A stretch of 64,000 nt of DNA from the human T2T-CHM13v2.0 reference genome, Homo sapiens. The notes beneath the pieces were generated by a model. It was given only the letters and a program-made list of their open reading frames with translations. It had not been told where the DNA came from and searched no databases. Where the stretch lies: the NCBI RefSeq assembly GCF_009914755.1, contig NC_060933.1; one strand, 5' to 3'. Numbering within the stretch: the stretch's first letter is position 1; each line of letters opens with the position of its first letter. Of this stretch, positions 13,279 through 25,982 are shown piece by piece. The position numbers were made by a program, and so were the translations under genes.

Positions 13279-13539
13279 TACCATTTGGATGTGATCCAAT
13301 TCAAAGTGATTAAAAATGAGAGGACCACTTACCAAGTTGAGATGAGTAATGAGCCCAATTAAGTCTCATTAGGTCTCCTCACTGGAGAATGCAATACTAC
13401 AACTAGTACAACTACTATAACTGAAAATTGTTGTTGCTATTGATGTTGTTATCAGATTTCATAGAAAATTCTTCTGGAGCAAATGCCCTTTGGCTTACAA
13501 ATTTAGGGCTGCAAAACCGTCAGTGGGAAAACAGATGAC

Positions 13540-13760
13540 AAGTTGCTTTGAAAGAATGATTTCTCACACAATGAACTCATTTAATCCTTATAATTAAATT
13601 GAGAAAGAAAATATTCCTATTTTTCCATATGAAGAACCTGGGGCTCATAGATTTTCAATGACTGTGCCAAGTTTACAGAGCTAGAGTATGAAAGAGTAAG
13701 AATTTGAAACCAAGGAATATCTGATTTCAAAGGTTTCGATTGTTTTCGACTATACCATGC
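13540..13760 (-). mobile_element. MIR
   Basis: aactcatttaatccttataa...atgaagaacctggggctcatagatttt...ccaagtttacagagctag...atttgaaacc. Confidence 0.75.
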
Positions 13761-13979
13761 TTTTCATACAGATCTCAGACTCATTGAACAGAGTATACTT
13801 TATATTACACATTATTTCAATTTTCAAAGTGCTTAATATGCAATGTAAATCTTTATTGTACATTTATGCAAATTATTATATTCTACTGTCAGAGCAGAAT
13901 TCACTAGTCATAGGTCCCTTTTCTATAACACAAGACTATTGTGCACTTTGCTAAGTTTTGTTTGATAAATGTATGGCTT

Positions 13980-14325
13980 GTTTATTTATTCAAATTGTCA
14001 TTGAGTGCCTACTACAATACTGTCAGATAATGAGGGCATAAACATGAATGAGCTACAATGCCTCCCATCAAGGAATCCTAGTAAAATGGGAGAAACAGGC
14101 AAACAGACCAAACGTATAATGAAAATGTCTGAACATAGAAATGATGTAGATAAAGAGTTGTAGGAGAACAAAGGATAAAAGAACCAGGTAGAATTTAAGA
14201 AAGATTTCATAAGGAACACAACATTTGCGCTGAGTTTTAAAAGGAAATCATTTAAGGATGAGATTTTAAAGTGGAGAAAAGGGAATCAAACTTGCTTGGC
14301 AGAGGAAACACATGTAAACAAACAT
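13980..14325 (-). mobile_element. L2 fragment
   Basis: tttattcaaattgtcattgagtgcctactac...gcctcccatcaaggaatcctagtaaaatgggagaaacaggc. Confidence 0.7.
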
Positions 14326-14590
14326 AATGGTTTGAAACACCAGCTCTGAAGTTAGATTCTTTGGGTTCAAAGGGTGTTTGTCCCTTTTTCTAGATTAGAT
14401 GAAATACCTTAAGAAGGCTACATACCCTCCATAAGCCTTAGATTTCTTATCTTTAAAATAAGAAAAACGAAGGTTTCTACCATATAGGGTTATTATAAAA
14501 TACTATAAATTAAATAATTCACGTAAAAAAATGTATCAGAATACCTAACATGCAAGGAACACTCATTAAATATTAGTTAATATTACCTTG
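14326..14590 (+). mobile_element. MIR
   Basis: cagctctgaagttagattctttgggttcaa...gccttagatttcttatctttaaaataag...acctaacatgcaaggaacactcattaaatattag. Confidence 0.75.
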
Positions 14591-14891
14591 TTATTCAGTA
14601 TGGCGATGCTTCCATTACTTAATAAACTCATTACCTAGTATGGTAAATGGAATATTCTGGTTAAATATATACTCTAGTCAACAGTTATATTTTATTTGTC
14701 AAATTATAATTATCTGAAAATTAGAATACTGAAGATGACTTCAGGGAAGATTGAATAGATGTACTTTTCCCTATTTCTCCCTGCAAGTACAACTAAAAAC
14801 CATGAAAGTTATATGAAACAAAAGTAAGAATACTAAAACAGAGAGAGAAAAAGTCATACCAGTTAGGGACTTTGGAATTCAAGAAACCTCA

Positions 14892-17269
14892 TGATATAGT
14901 TTGAATGTTTGTCTTCTCCAAATCTTACATTAAAATGTAATCCCCAGTGTTGGAGGTGGGGCCTGGTGAAAGATGTTTAGGTCATAAAGATGATTCCTCA
15001 TGAATGGATTGGTGCTGTCCTTGTGATAGTGAGTGAGTTCTCATAAGACCTGGTTGTTTAAGAAAGCTTGTCACCTCCCCCTTCTCTCTCTCCTGCTCCT
15101 TATTTAGTCATGTGATGTGCTGGCTCCTCATTTGCCTTTTGCCATGATGGTAAGTTTCCTGAATCCCTCTCCATAAGCAGATGCTGACACTATACTTCGT
15201 GTACAACCTGAAGAACTGTGAGCCAATTAAAAATTTTTCTTTACAAATTAACTCACTTCCAGTATTTATTTATAGTAATGTGAAAACTGACTAATATAGA
15301 AAATTGGTACCAGGAGTAGGGAGTTGATGTAAAGATACTTGAATATGTAGAAGCAAGTTTGGGACTGGATAATGGGCAGAAGTTAGAAGATTTTGTAGAG
15401 CTCAGAAGAAGACAGGAAAAAGGGGTAAGTTTGGAGCTTCTTAGAAACTAGTTAAATGTTTGTGACAAAAATGCTGATAGAGACATAGACGGTGAAGTCT
15501 AGGCTGATGAGGTCTCAGATGGAAATAAGGAGGTTATTAGAAATTGGAGTAATAATTACCTGTATTACACCCTAGTGAAAAACTTGGCTGTATTGTGTCC
15601 ATGCCTTAGGCTTTTGTACAAGTTTGAACTTAAGAGTGATTAGCTAAAGTATCTGGTGGAAGAAATTTCTAAGCAGCAAAGCATTCAAGTTGTGGACTGG
15701 CTGCTCTATCAACCTGTGCTTAGATGTGGGAGCAAATAATTGACTTTAAGTTGGAACTTAAAGGGAAGCAGAGCATAAAAGTTTGGAAAATATATACCCT
15801 GGCCATATGGCAGAGAAACAATCCAAACAGACTTTGGAGAAACTTTGGAGAAACCACCCACTGGAGAGATCAGCATGTCTAAAAGGGAGCCAAGTACTTA
15901 TATCCAACACAATGAAAAAAAAAATACCTGAAAAGCATTTAAGAAGTCTTTGAGATAGCCCCTCCCATCACAGTTTCAGAGGCCCCAGAGGAAAGAAGGG
16001 GTTTCTGGGGCAAGGGCCAGGGCCTTGCTGCCTAGTGCAGCCTCAGGACACTGCTTCCTACATCTTGGTAACTCAGGGTTCAGCCTTGGCTCAAAAGGGG
16101 ACTAAGTACAGCTTGGGCCACCACTCCAGAGGTTGTGAGCAATAAGCCTTGGTGGCTTCCACATGGTGTTAAATCTATAAATGCTCAGAATGCAAACATG
16201 AAGGAGGCTTCGTGGCTTCCACTTATATTTTAGAGAATGTATGGAAAAGCTTGGATGCACAGGCAGAAGCCTGTTAGAGGGGTGGAGCCCTCATAGAGAA
16301 CCTCTAGTAAGGCAATCCCAAAGGGAAATGTGGAGTTGGAGTCCCTACACAAAGTCCCCATTTGTGCACTGCCTCGTGGAGCTATGGGAAGGCAGCTGCC
16401 ACCCTACAGACACCAGAAGGGTAGATTCAGCAGTAGTTTGTTCCCTGCATCTGATAAAGCTGCAGGCACTCAACTCAAACTTGTGACAGCAGCCATGGGA
16501 GCTGTACCCTGCAAATCCACAGAAGCAGAGCTGCTGAAGATCTTGGGAGCCCACCCCTTGCACCAGTGTGCCTTGGATGAGGGACATAATGAGTATTTTG
16601 GAGCTTTCATATTTAATTAATTTTCTGCTGGACTTCAGACTTGCCTGGGGTCTGTTATCCCTTTCTTTTGACCAAGTTCTTCCTTGTGGGATGATAATAT
16701 TTAACCAATGCCTATATAGGCATTGTGTCTTAGAAGTAAATAACTCAGTTCTTTAACTCACAGGTGGAAGAAACTCATCTCCAGTTAAAACTTTGGATGT
16801 TAGACTTGAGGCTGGAAAAAGTTAAGCCTTTGGGGAACTATTGGCAGGGTGTGATTGTATTTTACAATGTGAGAATGACGTGAGATTTGAGGGCACAGAG
16901 GCAGAATAATATGGTGTGAATGTTTGTCCCCTCTAAATCTTATGTTAAAATGCAATCCCCAATGTGAGATGTTTGTGGCATAGAGACAGATCCCTCATAA
17001 ATGTCTTGGTGGTGTCCTCAAGATGGTGGTTGCGTTCTCATGAGATCTGGTTATTGAAACGAGTGTGGCACCTCCTCCTTTTTTGCTGCTCCTGATCTCA
17101 CCATGTAATGTGTTGGCTCTCCTTTGCCTTCTGCCATGATTGTCAGCTTCCTAAAGCCCTGACCAAAAGCAGATACTGGCATAACATTTCACATATACCC
17201 TACAGAACCGTGAGCCAAATAAACAAGCCTCAGGCATTTCTTTTAGTAATGCAAAAATTGATTAATACA
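14892..17269 (+). mobile_element. Complete MSTB-type MaLR provirus (LTR 14892-15298, internal 15299-16906, LTR 16907-17269)
   Basis: Two homologous LTRs (tgatatagtttgaatgtttgtc... ending ctaatata / ttaataca); internal start gaaaattggtacc; purine tract before the 3' LTR; degenerate TSD cctca/ctaca. Confidence 0.92.
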
Positions 17270-18558
17270 CTACATAATGATGAGCTTCCTCCTGGTTTAC
17301 TTTTTTTTTTTTTTTTTGCCTCAAATACCTATAAATGGGGCTGAAGAAGCCAGCAAGCTGGAAACATCAATGAGAGAGACATTAAAACAAAACAACGCAA
17401 AACAAAACAGGAACTGGGCAAGAAGGCTGACTAGAGATAGCCAGGTGAAAGAGCTGGAACTAATGAACTAAGATGATTGGCACATTATTAACAGATCTTT
17501 AGAGGGAAGGCACTGAGTGTGGACAGAGGGAAGACACACAAGCTGGGATGAAGGGGGAGAAAGCTGGGAACCCTGTATGGGGCTACTTCATACTGGGACT
17601 CATTCCTGGCCCACAGTGATTCTAGGAAAAAGGATGAGTTGAACTAACAAAAAGCAATTCTCTCCACGGGCTTCTGGAATCCCAGGCAGAATGAGACCCC
17701 TCAACCACATGGATACTTGAGTTAGCAAGGAAATCTGCTTAAAGAAATGGTAGAGACAGCATGCCAGCCAGTGTAAAGTCCAGAGGGTTTGGTGTGAGAG
17801 TGTCATAGAGGAGCATGGCCAGGAACACCTATCCGCCTAGGCTTGACTTGCTCTCGTAAGAGACTTTAGTCCTAGGGGAACTATTGGAGCTGAGCTCAGC
17901 AGGGTGGTCTTGTCCATCAGATGGGGCCGGTCTGACCTGAGCATCCCTTGATCTCCTGTCTTTCCCTGGGGCCCCAGCCTCTGCCGTGCCTGCTTGCAAT
18001 ATACCATTAGGAGTACTGAGGGTCTGCATCATAGCTTCTGCACTGGTGGACCACATATGACCAATAGAGAACTGCAGTGGGTTGGCCCTGATGACCACAC
18101 ACCAGTCTGCCCTTCCCTCCCCTTCCCATGGGCCCATGGTCACCACCTACATTGCTTTACTGGCATGTGTGTCCATGGGAGGATTTTGCCTTCCCTGCCT
18201 CAGCAATGCATGTGTGCACATGCCCCCTGCCCTGCCACTGCTGCGGATGCAAGTGTACTCTACCCCCCCACCCTTCCCCTTCTACCTGCCATTGCAGAGG
18301 GAGTCTTTATGAGCACAGAGAATACAGAACTTACCAGTCAAGCCCCTGCCAGCTCCCTGCCCCTGCACCAACACTGATGCTGGAGTGAAACTAGGCATGG
18401 AGAACAGCAGAACCTCCCCTGCCCTGAGTGGCCACTTCTGCTTGCATAAATGTACACAGAGGAAGCATACGGTCCTCGGCCCACCAGCACTCTGCCCCCA
18501 TGCTAACACCACTACCAGGGCAACCATATGCACAGACATCAGAAGGGACCGCCCATCC

Positions 18559-18624
18559 CCCCAGCTATGCTGCCTCTGCAGCTGCTGTGAACCCCAGCTA
18601 TGCTGCCTCTGCAGCTGCTGTGAA
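18559..18624. repeat. Perfect 33-bp tandem duplication in the L1 5'UTR
   Basis: ccccagctatgctgcctctgcagctgctgtgaa occurs twice in tandem. Confidence 0.95.
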
Positions 18625-19063
18625 CACCTGCATGGAGGCCAGCACCCTGGCACCAGCTAGCAGCTGATGAGCATGCACCCCACTGTGCTGCCACTGCCAC
18701 TTCTGCTAGCATGTGAAAACAAGGATAGATCCCATGAAATGCTCCGGATAATACCACTCATCAGAGTGCTGTGACCAGCAGTCTAGGAACAGCTCAGCCC
18801 CCAACCCAGCACGGTTGGTTCCTAACCTCTAGGAGGCAGAGAACAAAGCTGGGGTCCGATAACAGTCACCCAGATTTAGAGAATGTAGTCCAGGAATTGT
18901 GAGCTGAGCCATGTCCCCCTAAAATCCTCCAGAAATCCTCAGTCAGTTGACTGAACCCACCTTATACTACAATCAATGCTCAAGGTCATCAAATAGGATT
19001 AAAAAATAAATCCCATCTAAAGGACAGCAACTTAAAAGATTGAAGAATCATCAGCCCACAAAT

Positions 19064-20129
19064 ATGATAAAGAACCAGCACAAGAACCTTGACAACTCAA
19101 AAAGCCAGAGTGCCATCTTTCCTCTAAATGACTGCACTAGTTCTCCAGCAAGTGTTTTGAACCAGGCTGAGATGGCTGAAATGACAGAAATAGAATTCAG
19201 AATATGGACAGAAACAAAGATCATAGAGATGCTGGAGTACATTGAAACCCAATCCAAGGAAGCTAAGAATCACAATATAATGATAGAAGAGTTGACAGAC
19301 AAAATAGCCAGTATAGAAAAGAATATAACCAACCATACAGAGCTGACACTAAAAAAATTTCATAATACAATTAGAACTTTTAATAGCAGAATAAACCAAG
19401 CTGAGGAAAGAATCTCAGAGCTTGAAGACTGGCTTTCAGAAATAAGAAAGCCAGGCAAAAATAGAGAAAAAAGAAGGAAAAGGAATGAGGAAAACCTCTG
19501 AGAAATACGGGACAATGTAAAGAGACCAAATCTATGACATATCAGTATCCCTGAAAAAGATGAGGAGAATGGAAATAACGTGGAAAGCATATTTCAGGGT
19601 ATCGCCCATGCGAACTTCCCCAACCAAGCTAGAAAGGCCAATATTCAAATTCAGAAAATTCAGAGAACCCCAGAGAGATACTTCACAAGAAAATCATCCC
19701 CAAGAAACATAATGATCAGTTTCTCCAAGGTTGAAATGAAAGAAAAAATGCAGACACAGCTAGAGGGAAAGATTCAGTCACCTACAAAGGGAAGTCCATC
19801 AGACCAACAGACCTCTCATAAGAAACCCTACAAGCCAACAGAGATTGAAGGCATATATTCAACATTCTTCAAGAAAAGAAATCCCAATCAAGAATGTCAT
19901 ATTCTGTCAAACTATGATTTATAAGCAAAGGAGAAATAAGATCCTTTTTAGACAAGCAAATGCTGAGGTAATTTGTTACTAGCAGACCTTCCTTACAAGA
20001 GCCCCTGAAAGAAGAAGTAAATATGGGAAGGAAAGACTGTTACCAGCAACTACAAAAACACACAGAAGTACACAGATCAGTGACACTTTAAAGCAACCAT
20101 ATAAACAAGTCTGCATAATAACCAGTTAA
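19064..20129 (+). pseudogene. L1 ORF1p remnant (stops and frameshifts)
   Basis: ORF track 19040-19501 and 19580-19924 give L1 ORF1p-like peptides (RINQAEERISELED; IQIQKIQRTPERY). Confidence 0.9.
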
Positions 20130-20136
20130 CATAATG

Positions 20137-22795
20137 ATGACAGGATCAAATCCACAAATATCAATAATAACCTTGAATATAAAAAGGCTAAATGCCCAAA
20201 TTAAAAAGCACAGAGTGGCAAACTGAAGAAAGAACTGAGACCTAACAGTATGCTCTCTTCAAGAGGCCCACCTCAGATGAAATGACAACCATAGGCTCAA
20301 AATAAAGGGATGAAGAAAAATCTAACAAGCAAATAGAAAACAGAAAAAGGCAGGGGTTGCAATCCCAATTTCAGACAAAAAAGACTTTAAACCAACCAAG
20401 GTCAGAAAGGACAAAGAAGGGCATTACATAATGGTAAAGGTTTCAATTCAACAAGACCTTATTTTCCTAAATATATATACACCCAACACAGGAGCACCCA
20501 GATTAATAAAACAAGTTCTTAGGATCTTTCAAAGGGACTTAGATTCCCACACAACAATTGTGGGAGACTCAAACCTTATTGACAATATTAGACAGACTAT
20601 CAAGGCAGAAAATTAATAAATATATTCAGGAACTGAACTCAGCACTGGATTAAATAAACCTGATAAACATCTACAGAACTCTCCACCTCAAAATCAGAAT
20701 ATACATTGTTCTCATCACCACATGGCACATACTCTAAAATTGACCACAGAATTGGACATAAAACAATCTACAGCAAACGAAAAGAGCTAATATCATAACA
20801 AGCACTCTAAGACTATAGCACAATACAATTAGAAATCAAGACCAAGAAAATCACAGAAAACCATACGATTAAATGAAAATTAAATAAGCTGTTTCTGAAT
20901 GACTTTGGGATAAATAATGAAAGTAGAGGAGAAATTAAGAAGTTTTTTGAAACTAGTGAGAACAAAGATGCAACATACCAGAATCTCTGGGACACAGGGA
21001 AGGCAGTGTTAAGAGGAATATGTATAGCACTAAATATCCACATCAAACATTAGAAAGATCTCAATTTAACCATCCAATATCATAACAAAAAGAACTAGAG
21101 AACCAAGAGCAAACCAGTCCCAAAGCTAGCAGAAGACAAGAAGTAATCAAAATCAGAGCTGAACTGAAGGAGGTTGAGACATGGAAAAACATTCAAAAGA
21201 TCCACAAAATCAGGAGTTGTTTTTTTTTTTTGAATAAACTAATAAAGAGGCTGCTAGCTAGACTAATAAAAAGGAGAAGAGAAGATCCAGATAAACACAA
21301 CTGGAAATGACAAAAGATACATTGCCACTGGCCCCACAGAAATACAAATAACCATCAGAGAATATTATGAACATCACTGTGCTCACTAAACGCTAGAAAA
21401 TCTAGATGAAATGGATATTATGAACATCACTATGCTCACTAGAAACTAGAATATTGTGAACATCACTGTGCTCACTAGAAACTAGAAAATCTAGAAGAAA
21501 TGGATATATACACCCCAGCCAGGAGGTGGTTTTTTTGAAAAAAATTAATAAAAAGGATAGATTGCTAGCTAGGCTAAAAAGGAAGAAAGAAGATCCAAAT
21601 AAGAATAACCAGATATGTAGAGGGGGATATTACCACTGACCCTACAGGAATACAAATAATTATCAGAAACTATTATGAATACCTGTATATACACAAACTA
21701 TAAACTCTAGAAGAAATGGATAAATTTCTGGACACATACACCCTCCCAAAACTGAACCTGGAAGAAATTGAATCCTTCAGCAGACAGTAATGAGCTCTAA
21801 AATGGAAGCAGTAATAAATAGCCTACTAATCAAAAAAAAAAAAAAAAAAAAAAAAGCCCTGATGGAAGGATTCAAAGCTGAATTCTACCAGATGTATAAA
21901 GAAGAGATGATACCATTCCTACTGAAACCATTTCAAAAAATTGAGGAGGGGGACTCCTCCCTAACTTATTTTATGAGGCCAGCATCATTCTGATACCAAA
22001 ATCTGGCAGAGACACAACAACAAAAAAAGAAAATTTCAGGCCAATATCCTTATTGAAGATTGATGCAAAAATCCTCATAAAAACATCTGGCAAACAAAAT
22101 CCAGCAGCAAATCAAAAAGTTTATCCACCATGATCAAGTAAGCTTTATCCCTGGGATGCAGGTTAGTTCAACATATGCAAATCAATAAATGTGACCCATC
22201 ACATAAACAGACCTGAGGTCAAAAACCACGTGATTATCTCAATAGATGCAGAAAAGGCTTTCAATAAAATTTAAGACACCCCTTAATGTTGAAAATGCTC
22301 AATAATGTAGGCATTGAAGGAACATACCTCAAAATAATAAGAGCCATATATGACAAACCCACAGCCAACATCATACTGAATGGGAAAAACTGGAAGCATT
22401 TCCCCTTGAAAATCGGCACAAGACAAGAATGCCCTCTCTCATCCTATTCAACACAGAATTAGAAGTACTGGCCAGGGCAACCAGGCATGAAAAAAAAAAA
22501 GGCATTCAAATAGGAAGAGAGGAAGTTCAACTATCCCTGTTGCAGATGACATAATTCTGTATCTAGAAAACCCCATAGTCTCTATCCAAAAGTTCCTTTA
22601 GCTAATAACTTCAGCAAAGTCTCACAACACCAAAGCAACATTAAAAAAATTACTAGCATTCCTGTACACACAACAATAGTCAAGCCAAAAGCCAAATCAG
22701 GAACTCAATCCTAATCACAATTACCACAAAACGAATACAATACCTAAGAATACAACTAACCAGGGAGGTAAAAGAGCTCTACAAAGAGAACTATA
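20137..22795 (+). pseudogene. L1 ORF2p remnant (endonuclease and RT, disrupted)
   Basis: MTGSNP start; LNIYTPNTGAPRLIKQVL...DSHTTIVGD; GFKAEFYQMYKEE; FADD-like gcagatgacataattctgtatctagaaaacccc at ~22542-22574. Confidence 0.9.
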
Positions 22796-24556
22796 ACAGT
22801 CCCATTCCAAGTGGGAAAAATTGGCCAAAACAAGGAAGCTGTAGGCCCCATGGAAGTCCAAAAGCCAACAGGGCAACCATCAAATCTTAAAATTCCAAAA
22901 TAATCTCCTTTGACTCTATGTCTTACATCCAGGGCATCCCTGTGCAAGAGGTGGGCTCCCAAGGCCTTGGGCAGCTCTGCCCCTGTGGATCTGCAGGATA
23001 CAGCCCCTGCAGCTACTTTCATGGTCTGGCATTGAGTGCCTGCAGCATTTCCAGGTGCATGGTGCAAACTGTCAGTGGATCTACCATTCTAGGGTCTGTA
23101 GAACAGTTGCCGTTTTCTCACAGTTACACTAGGCAGTACCCTAGTGGGGACTCTGTCAGCGATCCAACCCCACATTTCCCCTCTTCATTGCCTGAGTAAA
23201 GTTTCTCTATGAGGGCTCTGCCTCTGTGGCAGATTTCTTTCTGGACATGCATGCATTTCCATACATCCTCTGAATTCTAGATGGAGGCTCCCAAAGCTCA
23301 ACTTTTGTCTACTGCAGACCTGCAGTCCCGACACCACATGGAAGCCACCAAAGCTTGGGGCTTGCAACCTCTGAAACAATGGCCCAAACCATTCCTTGGA
23401 CCCTTTTAGCCACAGCTGGAGCTGGAGTGGCTGGGACACAGAACACCAAGTCCCAAGGCTGCACTGAGCTGCAGGGTCCCGAGCGTGTCCCAAGAAACCA
23501 TTTTTCTCTCCTACGCCTTCAGGCCTGTGATGGGCAGGGCTGCCTCAAAAATCTCTATGTGACATGGAGACATTTTCCCCTTTGTCTTGGCTATTAACTT
23601 TCAACTCCTCTTTACTTATGCATATTTCTGCAGCCAGCTTGAATTTCTCCCCCCAAATTTTTTTTTCTTTTTCTACATCATGGTCAGGTTGCAAATTTTC
23701 CAAACTTTTGTGCTCTATTTTGATTTTAACTAAAAGTTCCAGTTTCAGATAATCTCTTTGTCAATGAATGCAACTGAATGCTTCCAGAATCAGCCAGGTT
23801 ACCTCTTGAAAGCTTTATTTCTTAGTAATTTCTTCCACAAGATACCCTAGACCATCTTTCTCAAGTTCGAAATTCCACAGATCTCTAGGGCAGAAGCAAA
23901 ATGCCACCTGTCTCTTTGTTAACACATAGTATGAGTGACCTATACTCCAGTTCCTGTAAGTTCCTCATCTCCATCTGAGACCCACCTCAGCCTGGATTTC
24001 ATTGTCCATATCACTATCAGTATTTGGGTCAAAACCATTCAACAAGTCTCTAGGAAGTTCTAAATTTTCCCACACCTTCATGTTTTTTTCTGATACCTCC
24101 AAACTGTTTCAACCTCTGCCTGTTACCCAGTTCCAAATTTGCTTCCACATTGTTAGGTATCTTTGTATCAGTACCGCACTCTCAGTACCAATTCTCTGTA
24201 TTAGTCCATTCTCACACTACTATAAAGATATTAACTAAGACTGGATAATTTGTTAACAAAAGGGTTTAATTGACTCACAGTTCTGCATGGCTGGGGGAGT
24301 CCTCAGGAAATTTACAATCATGGCAGAAGGTGAAGGACAAGAAAAGCATGTCTTACAGGGCAACAGGAGAGAGATAGAGATCAGGAAAACTGCCACTTTT
24401 TAACTATCAGATCTCATGATAACTCACTATCATGAGAACAGCATGGTGAAAACTGCCCCTATGATCCAATCACTTCTCATCAAGTCCCTCCCTTGACACA
24501 TAGGGATTGCAACTGGAGTTGGAATTTGAGAGGGAGCACAGAGCCAAATTATATCA
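22796..24556 (-). mobile_element. Truncated MSTA-type MaLR provirus (internal 22796-24196, one LTR 24197-24556)
   Basis: Collinear with the intact MSTA at 52935-55236 from its ~53540 position onward; LTR tgtattagtccattctcacact...gagccaaattatatca. Confidence 0.92.
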
Positions 24557-24680
24557 AACCCTCATTACCTAGTCTAAGCTAATTACCTCAAAAAGGCTGT
24601 GTCTCTAAATATCAACCCATTGGGGGTTATGGCTTCAACTAATAAATTTTAGGAAGGTGTAAGCATTCAGTCCATACTAA
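24557..24680 (-). mobile_element. Partial MLT1A/MST-like LTR (5' portion only)
   Basis: ctaattacctcaaaaaggc...ctaaatatcaacccattgggggttatggcttcaac...gcattcagtccatac parallels 12350-12458. Confidence 0.7.
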
Positions 24681-25605
24681 ACTGTTTTTCTTGCATTCAG
24701 TCCATACTACACTGGTTTTCTCCATCCAAACATTACATACACAAAAAGGCCCATACCCACACCCACACCATTGAGAACCAGGAAGGGATACTGGACTTTA
24801 ATTTGTACAAAGTCCAATAAAATACTTTGAACACTTTCCCCCTCAGGCCCACCCCACTAACAACTGGTCTCATGTCAGAGAAAACCTAGAAGGAAACTGA
24901 AACTTTCAACCTTACTGGGTAGTAATTAGGCCCCCAGACCTGCAGTGTCAGTGAGGCTACATAGTGAGACTTGATGTCTATTCAGTACTGCCATCCAGTA
25001 GTAATGAGGTGCCCCTTCTGTACCTTATGAGGGAGGTACTTGAGAAGATCCTAAGGAGATTCAGACTTTTGACCACCACGCAGTGATAATGAAGACATCA
25101 TTTTTTTTTTCACTCCAAACTTTCTTCTACTGTCAGTGAAGGTCAAATGTGGACAATAATGGGATATTCCTACTCTCACCAGAAAGGAAGGTACTAGTAG
25201 CGGCCTAGTGGAGGAGAACTAGAATTAATATCCTCACTCAAGGGTAACAAGGCACCCTCATCTCAGATGTCAACAGAGGCCAGGCAGGGAACCTGTACTT
25301 CTATACCACCACTTTCTCTTGCTGGAGCGGTGTCAGAGGAAGCTAGCTAAAACAGAAGGCTTAAATAAAACCCAGAATCTCATAGCATAGTGCTCAGAAT
25401 AACAAGTTTTATTTTAAAAAAGAAAGACATGTAAGTAAATAAAATAAAAATATAATATTTAATAGATTCTAACACTAACATAACAGAGGTATTAGAATTT
25501 TCTGAAAAGGATTTTAACTTAGTCATTATAAAAATGTTTTGAGAAACAATCATTAATGCACTTGAAGGAATGAAAAAAAAAAGCATTAACAAATAGAGAA
25601 CTAAC

Positions 25606-25982
25606 TATATTAGTCTGTTCGCACACCGCTCTAAACAACTACCCGAGACTGGGTAATTTATAAATGAAAGAGATTTAATTGACTCACTGTTCTGCATGGC
25701 TGGGGAGGCCTCAGGAAACGTACAGTCATGTTGGAAGAGGAAGGAAGCACGTCCTTCTTCACAGGCAGCAGGAGGGACAAGTGCAGAGTGAAGGGGGCAG
25801 AGCCCCTTATAAAATCATCAGATCTTGTAAGAACTCACTCACCATCACGAGAACAGCATAGAGGAACCGCCCCCATGATCCAATCACCTCCCACGAGGTC
25901 CCTCCCCCAACACATGGGGATTGCAATTCAGATTACAGTTCAAGATGAGATTTGGGTGGGGACACAGAGCGAGACCACATCA
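25606..25982 (-). mobile_element. THE1 (THE1C-like) solo LTR
   Basis: tattagtctgttc...actacccgagactgggtaattt...gcacgtccttcttcaca...gagatttgggtggggacacagagcgagaccacatca. Confidence 0.92.

Larger units (their letters stand above)
17412..22795 (+). mobile_element. Old primate L1 (L1PA15/16-like) with 5'UTR, ORF1 and 3'-truncated ORF2
   Basis: 5' end ggcaagaaggctgactag; ORF1 peptide NSKSQSAIFPLNDCTSSPASVLNQAEMAEMTEIEFRIW; ORF2 start atgacaggatcaaatcc; ends abruptly at gagaactataac. Confidence 0.92.

Noticed and set aside
18385-18660. Cys-rich ORF (PQLCCLCSCCE x2) resembling metallothionein or keratin-associated proteins
   Set aside because: Lies in an L1 5'UTR; the repeat comes from a 33-bp DNA duplication and several frames are open there.
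19040-19924. Longest ORFs as possible host genes
   Set aside because: They are broken L1 ORF1p fragments.
21360-21500. Three spaced direct repeats superficially like a CRISPR array
   Set aside because: Primate L1 sequence; the spacers are adjacent L1 sequence and there are no cas genes.
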